Origin: Botryllus schlosseri
Taxonomy: Eukaryota
DNA length: 64,000 bases
Direction: 5' to 3'
Assembly: GCA_051294905.1 (NCBI GenBank)
Contig: CM119372.1
Location: 9,116,001 to 9,180,000 of the forward strand
The first letter of the stretch is position 1; each line of letters opens with the position of its first letter. This document shows, one piece after another, positions 14,501-27,900 of the stretch. Under the pieces are notes generated by a model. The model made no database searches. It was not told where the DNA came from and saw only the letters and a list, made by a program, of their open reading frames with translations. A program made the position numbers and the translations under genes.

Positions 14501-17500
14501 TTGGGACAAGCCTCGACTCCTGTACGTGGTTAAAAGTGGAGCACTTGTCTATAATAGAAATATCGGCGTCTTTAATCCGAGAGCTATACGTGTAATTTTG
14601 CGAAAGACGTTGGCCAGGTGATGATACTCGCGCAATTTCTCTGAAAAGTAGAGATGAAATTCGACTCGAACTAGACGGTAGAATTGGCTAAAACTCGGTT
14701 CGATTATGCTTTGAGACAAGACTCGACTCCTGTACGTGGTTAAAAGTGGAGCACTTGTCTATAATAGAAATATCGGCGTCTTTAATCCGAGAGCTATACG
14801 TGTAATTTTGCGAAAGACGTTAACCAGGTGATGATACTCGCGCAATTTCTCTGAAAAGTAGAGATGAAATTCGACTCGAACTAGACGGTAGAATTGGCTA
14901 AAACTCGGTTCGATTATGCTTTGGGACAAGCCTCGACTCCTGAACGTGGTTAAAAGTGGAGCACTTGTCTATGATAGAAATATCGGCGTCTTTAATCCGA
15001 GAGCTATACGTGTAACTTTGCGAAAGACGTTGGCCAGGTGATGATACTCGCGCAATTTTTCTGAAAAGTAGAGATGAAATTCGACTCGAACTAGACGGTA
15101 GAATTGGCTAAAACTCGGTTCGATTATGCTTTGGGACAAGCCTCGACTCCTGTACGTGGTTAAAAGTGGAGCACTTGTCTATAATAGAAATATCGGTGTC
15201 TTTAATCCGAGAGCTATACGTGTAATTTTGCGAAAGACGTTGGCCAGGTGATGATACTCGCGCAATTTCTCTGAAAAGTAGAGATGAAATTCGACTCGAA
15301 CTAGACGGTAGAATTGGCTAAAACTCGGTTCGATTATGCTTTGGTAAAAGCCTCGACTCCTGTACGTGGTTAAAAGTGGAGCACTTGTCTATATTAGAAA
15401 TATCGGCGTCTTTAATCCGAGAGCTATACGTATAATTTTGCGAAAGACGTTGGCCAGGTGATGATACTCGCGCAATTTCTCTGAAAAGTAGAGATGAAAT
15501 TCGACTCGAACTAGACGGTAGAATTGGCTAAAACTAGGTTCGATTATGCTTTGAGACAAGACTCGACTCCTGTACGTGGTTAAAAGTGGAGCACTTGTCT
15601 ATAATAGAAATATCGGCGTCTTTAATCCGAGAGCTATACGTATAATTTTGCGAAAGACGTTGGCCAGGTGATGATACTCGCGCAATTTCTCTGAAAAGTA
15701 GAGATGAAATTCGACTCGAACTAGACGGTAGAATTGGCTAAAACTAGGTTCGATTATGCTTTGAGACAAGACTCGACTCCTGTACGTGGTTAAAAGTGGA
15801 GCACTTGTATATAATAGAAATATCGGCGTCTTTAATCCGAGAGCTATACGTGTAATTTTGCGAAAGACGTTGGCCAGGTGATGATACTCGCGCAATTTCT
15901 CTGAAAAGTAGAGATGAAATTCGACTCGAACTAGACGGTAGAATTGGCTAAAACTCGGTTCGATTATGCTTTGGGACAAGCCTCGACTCCTGTACGTGGT
16001 TAAAAGTGGAGCACTTGTTTATAATAGAAATATCGGCGTCTTTAATCCGAGAGCTATACGTGTAATTTTGCGAAAGACGTTGGCCAGGTGATGATACTCG
16101 CGCAATTTCTCTGAAAAGTAGAGATGAAATTCGACTCGAACTAGACGGTAGAATTGGCTAAAACTCGGTTCGATTATGCTTTGGGACAAGCCTCGACTCC
16201 TATACGTGGTTAAAAGTGGAGCACTTGTTTATAATAGAAATATCGGCGTCTTTAATCCGAGAGCTATACGTGTAATTTTGCGAAAGACGTTGGCCAGGTG
16301 ATGATACTCGCGCAATTTCTCTGAAAAGTAGAGATGAAATTCGACTCGAACTAGACGGTAGAATTGGCTAAAACTCGGTTCGGTTATGCTTTGGGACAAG
16401 CCTCGACTCCTGAACGTGGTTAAAAGTGGAGCACTTGTATATGATAGAAATATCGGCGTCTTTAATCCGAGAGCTATACGTGTAATTTTGCGAAAGACGA
16501 TGGCCAGGTGATGATACTCGCGCAATTTCTCTGAAAAGTAGAGATGAAATTCGACTCGAACTTGACGGTAGACGTCGCTGAAATTCGGTTCCATTATAAT
16601 TTGGGACAAGTTTCGACTACAGACCGTTTCTGCGTTTTGATGCGGTAGCGATAATTGAAATGGTATCATCGTCTTGCGTATTGTATTTGGTTGAAACGAT
16701 ACTTGCGATAAATCATAGTTGTCTGTTTTGGACACGTTTTCTGCGACAGATCTGCATGAAATTTGGTATGGACAGAGTTTTATATACGTTTTATCATGTG
16801 TCAGTGTCCAAATCCGGATACCATATATGGATACGCCATTGTTTCATCAGTATGGTGATACAACCGTTCATGTTATTACATGTCACATTAATAGTTACCC
16901 TTCGATTTATGTGATAGAATTTTGTGTGATAACTTCACTCTGGTGCGCCGAAACGGGTGTTCGCGTGGGAGAAAGTGCCTCAAGCCATTGAGTCACTCGG
17001 CTCCGACGGCTAGACGCCGTAGACGGCTAGACGCCGTAGACGGCTAGATGGTTTTCAGCGTAACCGGAGTGGATCCGGATTCTGAATTTGCTTTGACAGT
17101 GGGATTGTAGCAGGATTTTTCTATTGAACGTTCAAATAGCATAGCATTATTTTGGCAGCAGTTTTTTGGATTACCCAGAATTGGAAATTCATAAGACTTT
17201 CAAATTGCCGCCTGGAGCCGTAATGGATTCGGATTCCAAAATTTGGGATGGCCAAGAATCAAAATATCTGCAAAATCATGCGAAAGCGGCGTGTGACAAA
17301 AGGAAAAACATTCGATCATAGCAACGATGTAAATTGCTATGATTCGATGGTGGCAATTACGGTGACATATCACCCCATAAGAGTAAGACATCAATAAAAT
17401 TGATAGTAGATAAATTATACCATAAAATGAAACAATAATCGAATTTGATTCCTCACAAATATATTTTCGGCATTTTGACGAAAGTTGTTGGATAAGAAAA

Positions 17501-18747
17501 AGATGTATTCAAGATACGTTTCCGCACAAGATATGCATAAACACAATTTTGAGATAATTAGGATAACAAAAAGATATCCGAACATGTCCTGAATATATCT
17601 CGTGTTTGCTGGGTAAGCATCTTCGGGCGGGCGGACCCGTTGATATGACTTCGTTACATGATGTTATTTCGAGACTTCCAGTCTGCTATATCAAAAAATA
17701 TAGAATCGCCCAAACGTAGGCTTCTAAACTAAGAAACGCACACGATTTCAAATTGGTATTTCTTCACTGGCATTAAATTTTTCGCAGCGTGATGGTATTT
17801 ATCTTGTGAGGTTCAGATTGCAAAGACAGGAACATTCGGCGCCAGTCATTTAGACGCCTATGGACAATTAAACCTATATGTATTTGGTATATATAACGAA
17901 GTCTTCGGTCAGCATAAGGGCATAGCCCTTTTCGGCCAAGGTTTTGTCGCTGCCGATCGTTATGGCACACTTCTTGGAGTCGCATGTTATATGGCCTAAA
18001 ACTTGATTGTATGTCTTGGTGGGTCGTGGCGCGGTAAGGACCCAATACCCAATAATAAAGACAAATGGCTACTTGAATTCACGCGCATCGCGAAAAAATT
18101 GCATAAATTTTAAAAAAATACTCTATGATTTATGCAAATTCACGAAATAATTTTGCCCCCCCCCCAATTGGGGGGTTTGGGGTGCGGCAGTTACGGTGCT
18201 GACTGGACTATATGATAACTGACCGACACCATGATCAGACTCGACAGCTAGGTAATGGTAGTTGTGTAATCGCGTTAATTGGGGCGATCTAGTTCAAGTA
18301 TATGTAAAATGTTTCTATGGTGTAATTTTAATTTTAATCCAATTTCGGGTTTTCTTCAAAATGCTGTAAAAACGTGTATATAATCCGAAATGAACCAAGC
18401 TTGATGAAAAGACATTTGCCATTCTCATGCTTACGAGGATGAACCCTGATTGGATAAGAGATGAACTTGATTATTGTTGTATTCTTCCACCATATCAATA
18501 TCTAATTTTTTGCAAACGCAGTAATTCTATTCTAAATTTGAAAAAAACTGCAGCTATGAAGCTATTTCCAATATAATTTGTATAAGCTGGAAATTTTCAA
18601 GTTGCCCTACTCTGTCCTTGACACATCGCACCAACACGGAAAGGTTTAGTCAAGTTCACTGCTACGCATATACTAGCGCATCCATGTTGCCCTGCATCGC
18701 TTCATCCTCACCAAAGAATAGCAAACATACAGCCGATTTTCCAGTAA

Positions 18748-18753
18748 TTTATT
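18748..18753 (-). terminator. Candidate polyadenylation signal of SPT6
   Basis: AATAAA on the minus strand ~170 nt after the SPT6 stop codon. Confidence 0.5.
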
Positions 18754-18924
18754 TACTGTCACGGTGTATCCACCACACGCGGCAGGTCTTATAAAAAAGC
18801 GTTACTCTCGATATCACATCCACAAAGTCAGACGCTGCTTTGTATCCGACGCGATAATGTCAGCCCAACAGAGAGGCCGAGTTGGCGGCATGTCGTCACA
18901 CGCGGACATACCCCGCTGATTGAG

Positions 18925-21900
18925 TCACATTGATCCCTGATCTCTCGGGGTGTGTCGGGACGGAGTCCTCGGGCTACCCCTGTAGCTGCCGGCCGGCGTC
19001 CTGGGGCCTCTCGGGGTACCGCTTGGAGTCATTCTCGGAGTGCCTTTGGGTGCGGACTGTTTCCGTGCCCACTCCTCGGCCGCTTTACCCCAATCCATAC
19101 CAGCAGCCCTGAAAATAAACGGTGATTAATGACGACAATCTACTCGTCTGATCATGCCAATTAGAACGATACGCCGGTAATCTAATTCTAATCCGATTTG
19201 TGAAATGTTTCTACACCGTTATTTTAATTCTAGTATGATTTTTTTCAAAACGCTTCAGGAGACCTGTATAGTGCGTAACGAGCAGAGCTTGCTGCACAGC
19301 AGGGGTTCTCAAGCTGTGGGCCATGGCTGGCTGGCATTTCCCGCCCCAAAACAGCAGTTAAGATATCTTCACAGCAAAATAAGTTGAACCACCACATTAA
19401 GCGAGTATATAATAGCTAATTACTAGGGAAAGTTTTTGTTGCAGTCAAATCCGTGGAAAGTTGAATTTCTTTTCAACAAAAGTTGAAGTAAAAAGTTGCA
19501 TTTACTTTTCACAAAAGTTGCACCAAAAAGTTGCATTTATGGACAAGTTCCTTGAAATTATTAGGGTATGAGATAGTCGAATCGAACCGTATGCAAGGCA
19601 CTGTAGCAAATCTCAGTGTTGGCGACTTTAACAAAATCATTAGCCTGAAAAAATTGACCCAATGAAAATATAATTTTCGGCGGTCTGGCCTGAATGTACG
19701 TCAAATCAGAAAGGACGTCAAATTTAAATGACAGTGAAATAATCAAGCGATCTATTTACATAAAGTGCCAAATATTTTCAGTAAAAAGCCGGTTGCATGA
19801 AAAATCGAACAAAGTTTCAAAGAATTACACAAAAATCGCAAAAAGTTGCAATATGATATTCCTTCAAACAGCTTAAAACACCATACTATATAACTTCTGA
19901 GTATTTAGGAAGCTGCCGGAAGTTGTGAAAAAAAGGTGCAAAAGTTGCAAAAACTCGCCCTACTAATTACTCTCATTACAAATTGCGTGTTGTATGCATC
20001 TAATTTTATCATTTCAACTACCGGTTACTGTATAAACCTGTTTATTATTTAAAATAATGTAACAATGTGAACTATCTTGAAAATTTGTTGAAAAAATAGC
20101 TGGGCCATGGATTTTTTCAAATGTTCCGAGTGGGCCACGGCGTAAAAAAGGTCGGGAACGACTGATGCGCGGACATTTGCTGTTCTGGTGCTTACGAGAA
20201 TGAAATTCGGTCGGATAGGTGAACCTGATTTCTGTTGGATTTCTTCGGTTCGGGATTTCATTCAGATTCCAAGTTTTTGCGAATTTGGCAATTCTAACGC
20301 GGATTCGCAATCTACTTTGGAGAAAGCTGTATAGTGTATAGCCATATTTCTAATTCTAATTTGAAAAAAAAAAACTGTAACTATAACTCCAATTCTAATC
20401 AATGCCATCAGTTGACCACGACTTCACACAAGTGTCGTTTTCACTAATGCGCATAGCTTTTTAGAACGTTTCGTATGCTGCGTAAAACAAATTGAGGTTT
20501 CAAGGTTTCCTCAACGTAAAATAGCATCGAAACTGTAATTTTAGTTGCAAGGGAAAAAAATCGTTTTTCACTACTATACTCGAACCATCATGGCCAGCCT
20601 TGGTTAACAGTACTTACCCAGGCCCCTGGACCGGCGTTCTCGACGGAGGTGGTCCGGACGGCGGCTGTCCCCACGCGACGGGCGTCCTGCCATGGGGCGT
20701 AAATCCCGGCGTGCGTCGCACCGGCGTCTGCCCCGGGCCGTAGACCGGAGTCCGCTGCGGCGGGTAATTCGGTGTCCGGGGGATTATCGCCACGTTCGGG
20801 GTGTTGAACGGTTGCGTTCTGGGCAGCGGCGTGGCAAATTGACCGGCCTGCGAAAAAGGGTTTCAATACGGTGTCGGTGGTCAACAGCAGAGCGCTGCTA
20901 ATTATTCGGAGTACTCAAGTAGTTTTAGCTGACTTGCAGAGCTCACAGTTTTCAGTTTTCAGGCAAACTAGGCCTAGAAGCCTACAAGGTCAAAGTCACT
21001 ATCCAGGGTTGTAACCAAGTCACAAGGTTCAGAGTCACAAGTCAATCTCACTTTTACAGTTTTGACTCGAGTCAAGTCAAGTCATTTTCAATTCATTGTG
21101 TTTTGAGTTCTATCAGGTTCAATCCACTTTTTTCATCTCTGCTCGAGTGATATAGAACGGCTCGCATTCATAACATCATAATTCTCCTTAGTCCTAACAG
21201 TTTCTGGCCATATTTCCCAAGTATCATGTGGTGACTTTACTATTCTTCGAAGTTACAATGAAAAGTCCGTCTCAGCCGTCTCAGCCGTCCCAGTCTCGAG
21301 TCATATGACTTGCTTCGAGTCATGCACATTGACTCGAGTATAAGACGAGTCGAGTCATTTTACACATATGACAAAATGGCTCCAGTCACCAAAAAAATCG
21401 TGACTCGAGTCGTTACAACCCTCTCGTTATCATTCGTGCTCGAGTAGAAGTAACATTTAATTAACAAATAAATCTCTACTCAGGTACAAGTATAAGTAGC
21501 AATTGCCAAATAAAAAGTGAAGTATTTCGTGTGTCGATTTGCCTAAAACACGTAAAACTGTTCGAGAGATGGGAAGTATTAGAATAATATATTCATATTT
21601 ATTCCCGAAGCTTTTCGGCTGACACTCATCAGGGGATACCGTCAGCAATAATGCGAGCATTCAAATAACTATGTTTAACAACGATCAGTATCACTAATCA
21701 TGAATGTATTATTCAAATGTGTCAGGAAGTTCCGTGCTCCAAAGCGTCTCTTTGCGTACTCCAGATAGGAAGTAGTCGAAAATCATAACCACTCGAATAA
21801 GCAGTGCAGGCGCACTAAATATACTTGAGAACTCTGAAAAAGTACCAGTAATTTGCACTGAACACCTACGTTTGCAGTCAGATCATTTGAGGAAAATAGC

Positions 21901-24900
21901 ATCTAAACAATTAGACTGCGAGACAGCTTCAGAGTTTCCCATTACCTGTGGGGTGTGTAGGGATTGCATCGCGTTCTGAAGCACGTTAACACCCAGCCGC
22001 GCGGCGCGGTCCGAAGCGCTTGTGGCGCCGGCAGGAGTCCGGCTGTGAATATGCTCTGAAGAGACGGAGAAAAAAATCGTAAATTCTTCGCACCAGCCGT
22101 CGAAACTCTCAGCAGACTTGACAACCGGATAGGATAATTCTAGTTGTTTAATTAGACGGTAGTCAAAATCTAATCTAATTAGTCAAATGTTACAATGCTC
22201 TTTTAATTCTAATCTAATTTGTTAAAAGTTTCTATGCTCTAACAGTAACTCCAACCTAATTTCTGGTTTTCCTGAAAATGCTACAGAACTGTGTGGTGCG
22301 AGGTGAGCCAAGCTCGCAAACGAGCTTGAACTTGGATTTGATACGAACTGAGTTCGATTTTTGTTGTGCTACTTTTGAATTCAGAATTAAAATCAATCTC
22401 GAAGTTTCACGAATTCAGGTAATTCTCATATTAATCCAATTTGGAAAAGGTGTAGCTATAATTCTAATTTTGATATAATTTGAAAAAAAAAATGCAGCTA
22501 TAATTCTAGTCCTAATCTAATTTGAAAATAAAACTGTAGCTGTAATTCTAGTTCTAATCTAATTTGGAAAAAACTGTAGCTATAATTCTAGTTTTAATAT
22601 AATTTGAAAAAAAAACTAGCTATAATTCTAGTTCTAATCTAATTTGGAAAAAAAACTGTAGCTATAATTCTAGTTCTAATCTAATTTGGAAAAGAAACTA
22701 GCTATAGTTCTAGTTTTAATCCTATTTAGAAAAAAAAACTGTAGCTATAACTCCAGTTCCCATCCAATTTGGAAAAGAACTGTAGCTATAATTCTAGTTC
22801 TAATCTAATTTGGAAAAGAAACTAGCTATAATTCTAGTTTCAATCCAATTTGGAAAAAAGAAACTGTAGCTATAACTCCAGTTCCAATCCAATTTGGAAA
22901 AGAACTGTAGCTATAATTCTAGTTCTAATCTAATTTACAAAAAGAAACTAGCTAGAATTATAGTTTTAATCCAATTTGGAAAAAAGAAACTGTAGCTATA
23001 ACTCCAGTTCCAATCCAATTTGGAAAAGAACTGTAGCTATAATTCTAGTTCTAATCTAATTTACAAAAAGAAACTAGCTATAATTATAGTTTTAATCCAA
23101 TTTGGAAAAAGAAACTGTAGCTATAACTCCAGTTAGTTCCAATCCAATTTGGAAAAGAACTGTAACTATAATTCTAGTTCTAATCTAATTTGGAAATAGA
23201 AAACTGTAGCTATAACTCCAGTTCCAATCCAATTTGGAAAAGAACTGTAGCTATAATTCTAGTTCTAATCTAATTTACAAAAAGAAACTAGCTATAATTA
23301 TAGTTTTAATCCAATTTGGAAAAAAGAAACTGTAGCTATAACTCCAGTTCCAATCCAATTTGGAAAAGAACTGTAGCTATAATTCTAGTTCTAATCTAAT
23401 TTACAAAAAGAAACTAGCTATAATTATAGTTTTAATCCAATTTGGAAAAAGAAACTGTAGCTATAACTCCAGTTAGTTCCAATCCAATTAGGAAAAGAAC
23501 TGTAACTATAATTCTAGTTCTAATCTAATTTGGAAATAGAAAACTGTAGCTATAACTCCAGTTCCAATCCAATTTGGAAAAGAACTGTAGCTATAATTCT
23601 AGTTCTAATCTAATTTACAAAAAGAAACTAGCTATAATTATAGTTTTAATCCAATTTGGAAAAAAGAAACTGTAGCTATAACTCCAGTTCCAATCCAATT
23701 TGGAAAAGAACTGTAACTATAACTCCAGTTCCAATCCAATTTGGAAAAAAAACTGTAGCTATAATTCTAGTTCTAATCTAATTTGGAAAAAATTGACAGT
23801 TAGCTTACGCGGGAGGGGGTCCCGGAAGTGCTCCTTGAACCACTTGAAAACCTGGTTTATCGTCGGGAACACTTGCGCCCGGTAACGGAACCCGTCCGAG
23901 AGAACCGTGACGTACTCGTGCTTCGGCTTCATCCGCGGCATATATGAGAGAAGGAACTTTCCTGGAAAGCACCGGCACAAATTTAGTTTTAATTTCATCA
24001 GATCGATACGCCACAAGACTGAGATACAATGAAAAGATGGGAAGGTGTCGAAACGACTTGGAGTAGTCTCCGAAATTGTTACTACCATTTGAGCAGCAAC
24101 GTTGCCTGCTATGACCGCCTCTGGTCAGCTACAGTGCCAGCCATGACGGTAGATTATTAGGGCAAGCTTTTGCAACTTTTTTTTACAACTTCCCGCAGCT
24201 TCCTAAATACTCGGAAGATATGTAGAATGCTGTTTTAAGCTGTTTGAAGGAATCTTACAGTGCAACTTTATGTCTATTTTTTCTCATGCAACTTTTTGCA
24301 ACATTTTGCAACTTTCGATTTTTCATGAAGGTATTTTCTATTTTGGTGAAATACACACCCAAATTCGACTGAAATACCGTAAATCAGCACTGAAGTAACG
24401 CCCTTACGGGTATTTCGGGAGCTGAGCCGGAAAGTTGACCTTTTTTCTCTTTTTTAGTCAATCAATAGTGAATGCAGATAAAAAACTGTATTTCGGGAGT
24501 GAAACTGCCTGAGATACACTCTGATTTCAGAATTCAAAGACAAAGTGTTATTTCGCACGCAACAGACCGCATCAATTCAACACCGTCGCCTACCTGGCAG
24601 TTCCTTGGACACGCTCAGAAAGTAGGGTATCCTGGACGGCGCGTTCTTTTTCGCCTGCTTCAAAATGTCTTCCAGTATGTCTTTCTTGCCGCCGTTCGCT
24701 TCCCGGTAGTATTTGTGATTGAGAATGTCCCGCGCGTTGGCCGCCATCGGCTGGATGAATCTGGCGATGATCTCGTCCAGATCTTCGAATTCCTGCCATG
24801 AAAATACAGACGCGGTCGGGGTTAGGGTCAGGGTTGATGTTTGTGCTAGGGTTGGATTTAGGGTTATTGGGCGAAGATCATGAAGTTGGAAAAGGTTACG

Positions 24901-27900
24901 ATCAATCGCGGTGACCCGAGTTTTCAATCGAGTGGTGTTATCTGTTGTGTCATAATGCGAAAACAAGTTATTGGCTGTCGGTTGTCGATTTGTTGAATGA
25001 AATGGAAGCCTGCTGATGAAGATACTGTGACTGTAATAGGTAGAATTATCATCATCGCGAAATGAATGTTGTGTGTAATCACTACGGAATGGCGACGAAA
25101 TGGTTTATAGAATATTGATATCTCTCTTCAAATGTGGGTACATAATTCTTTGATTGTTCCATTACCTAGAAGACCATCGTAACAGTCATTATCGGAAATT
25201 TTGCGTGTAGGAATGTTACACAGTGTACGCAATTTATCCCGGTTTGTTAAATCATGAGATTAAAAACAACTTTACGCGCTACGATCAGCCGGTTTCCTTA
25301 ATCCTGGATTGTTAAATCCTTATGAATGCTGTAATCGACTTTATCGATCATCCAACTTTATGATCTCCACTAATAAAGTCACACGCTCAATCGTCGGCCA
25401 ACCATTTTCTCATACACGTAAAGTCGCACTCACGTCGTTTCCGATAATCAACGTTTTCCCGAGACTGAACGAATTCTCCTTGTTCTCCTCCTTGATGTCG
25501 ATATGAGCGCACACGTTTTCGCCTACTTTCCACGTCGCAGTCAAATGATCGGCGCCTGTCGAATAATAGAAAGTAGAAGATTGCTGGCTCGTCTTTAAAA
25601 TTCGTATGGTCAGAGAGAGAGAACCCATAAATTTTCACGTACCTTTGCTGCTTGGTCTTATCACCACATCACCTTGGTCCATGCTCTCCATCAGCTTTTC
25701 TGACTCTTTGAAACCGATATTGTGGAAGGACGGGTGAGCAATGACTCGCTTGATGTAAGCTGTAAAGATTGGCGGGCACAAGTTGAGTTGCTGACCGATT
25801 CCGCTTCTTTTTGACCGATTTTTAGACACAACTACAAAGTTGCTTTTTACAGAGTGAATTTTAAAAAATATAAAGTAGTTTTGAGATCTAGGTTCATTAG
25901 AACACGTGGATCGCGCTCGGAGAAAAGCTCGCCCTTGACCCGTCCCCCGAAGCTCGAATCAGCACAGGCAAAGGCCATAAATTCTGCCATTGGCAAGCGT
26001 TTGTTGAATAATTCTGTATGTGCGGAAATTATCGAGACGACAGATTTCGCGTCGTTGGGAGAGGCCGTTCCCTCTTTCATTTGTGTGCCCACTTTTACCA
26101 GAATACGTCAACCTAGTTAGTTTGTGCTAACAGAAGGAAATTGGGTATCATCTAAAAATAATACATTGAGCTCCAGCAATCTCTTCGCCTCGATTATTCG
26201 AAATTTCATGCTGGTGCATATTTGGTGATACGATTGTTGATTTACGACGTCCTTTCCAAATTCTCTGCTAGTTTCTGCCGATTACCCCTGACGAGTGTCA
26301 GGCGAAAATATTCAGGTTTATTCCAATGCAATATATTATTCGGTTGTATATCGAAGTTCTGTACCTCCAAGAAGCTCTTAGAACAGCTTCCATCGCTTTT
26401 TCAAGTGAAATTAACATTACAACCTCAAATATCCCTTGTACCACGATAACCGATTACCTTTTCAAAGATTCTACTTACTTGTAATGCGACCCCGCGACCA
26501 AATCGACTACTTGAAGCCACTCGCCACATTTCAGACCTTTGACTTTCTACTTCCACTCAAAGAAATTTGGGCGTGCTGGAAATTGTTACTCCTACATTAA
26601 TCGAGTAGAAATTTATAACGTTGCTCGTTTAAATATTTACATCCGAGAACAAGACCTGCCTGGCGGAAGTATCACGGGTAACTGAAACCGTATAAAGCAA
26701 GCCCCACCCTAAAAACAAAATCCGCAATTTCCTATAAAAATTTCCGTAGATCCGGACAAAATTTTCCAACTCACTAGTCCTGTTCTTGTTCTTGTCGCTG
26801 TTCTTGCTGTTTTGTTTGTCGATCTCCTCCGACTCGTGATCGTAGTACGTGTCCTGCGTCGAGCCCCACGTCTGGTTGTCGTTACGCAGGTCCGAACTGC
26901 GCGACGTCAGGTCCACTTGAAACTTGTCGATGTCGATTTTCAGGATACGACAGTGCACTGACATGCCGACCTGGTGGCAAAATCCCGAAATCAAACATCG
27001 GCAAAATCACGGCTACACGTCATCTTCCAGACTGGGAAGATAATTCTTGCAGAAATCACTCGTACCTTCACCCTGTCTTCCGGATTCCGAACTTTCGAAT
27101 CACTCAATTTCTCTGTGGGGATGAAACCGGTCAAGCCGTTGTCCAACCTGGTCCTGACGCCGACCGCTTTGCCGTGGCACTCGCCCGAGTCCAAATGCGA
27201 CCAGACCTGCGCGAGGAAACCGTCAAAGCGACGACGAATAACGCGAGACGCGGACGGTATCTTACGTCGCTGAGCTCTCCGAAACCGTTTCCGCAAAACG
27301 AACATCTCCAAGTGCCAGTCTCCTCGTCCTTGTGAGGCTCCGCCTTGTCGAGCTGCTCCATCTTCGGCTTACGGTAAGCGATCCCGGTGACGCGACACAT
27401 CACCAATTTTCCTGAAATTGAACGCGGGACACTTGCGTCAACACTGACAATATTACACGACGACTGTTAATCAGACTTGGATAACTAGATAATCCTAGTC
27501 TCATAAATTTAATTGGAGCGAAATGCCGTAATCTAATTCACACCTCATTCGAGAAGTCTTGTTATGGTCTAATTTGACAGTACTGAATAGGGCGATAAGA
27601 GCCGTGCTTGCTATACAGCCATCAGTTAATCTCATGCTTCTAAGAATGAACTTTGAGTTGATATGAAACGATCTCAATTCAATTTCCGTCACAAAGACGC
27701 ATCTTGCGATTGCAAAGTAGCCACCGCCGCGCTGTAATCACCTTCTTGGAACTGGCTCGTGTCCTCTTTGGTGATGAGAGAGAATCGTTCTTCGTTGGTG
27801 GGCGGCCGGTACGGTACTCGCAAATCCTTGTATCTGGAATCGAGCTCGTTGCGGATGTCGTACAGCGTGATGCCCTTGTTCCCGTAACCCTGAAGAAAGA

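Larger units (their letters stand above)
1..16680. repeat. 210-bp tandem satellite array with higher-order structure (runs off the left edge)
   Basis: The unit GAACTAGACGGTAGAATTGG...GAAATTCGACTC recurs every 210 bp. A divergent 205-bp monomer starts at 371, 3617, 6235, 8961, 11687 and 13572. The array degenerates after ~16560. Confidence 0.98.

Noticed and set aside
1..16680. CRISPR-like periodicity
   Set aside because: No unique spacers, no cas genes, and the context is eukaryotic.
2048..16735. Repeated 60-170 aa ORFs in the 210-bp array
   Set aside because: The unit length is a multiple of 3, so ORFs open and close with single variants. No recognisable domain.
24815..24870. TTAGGG-like repeats
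   Set aside because: A few degenerate copies inside an intron; not a telomere.
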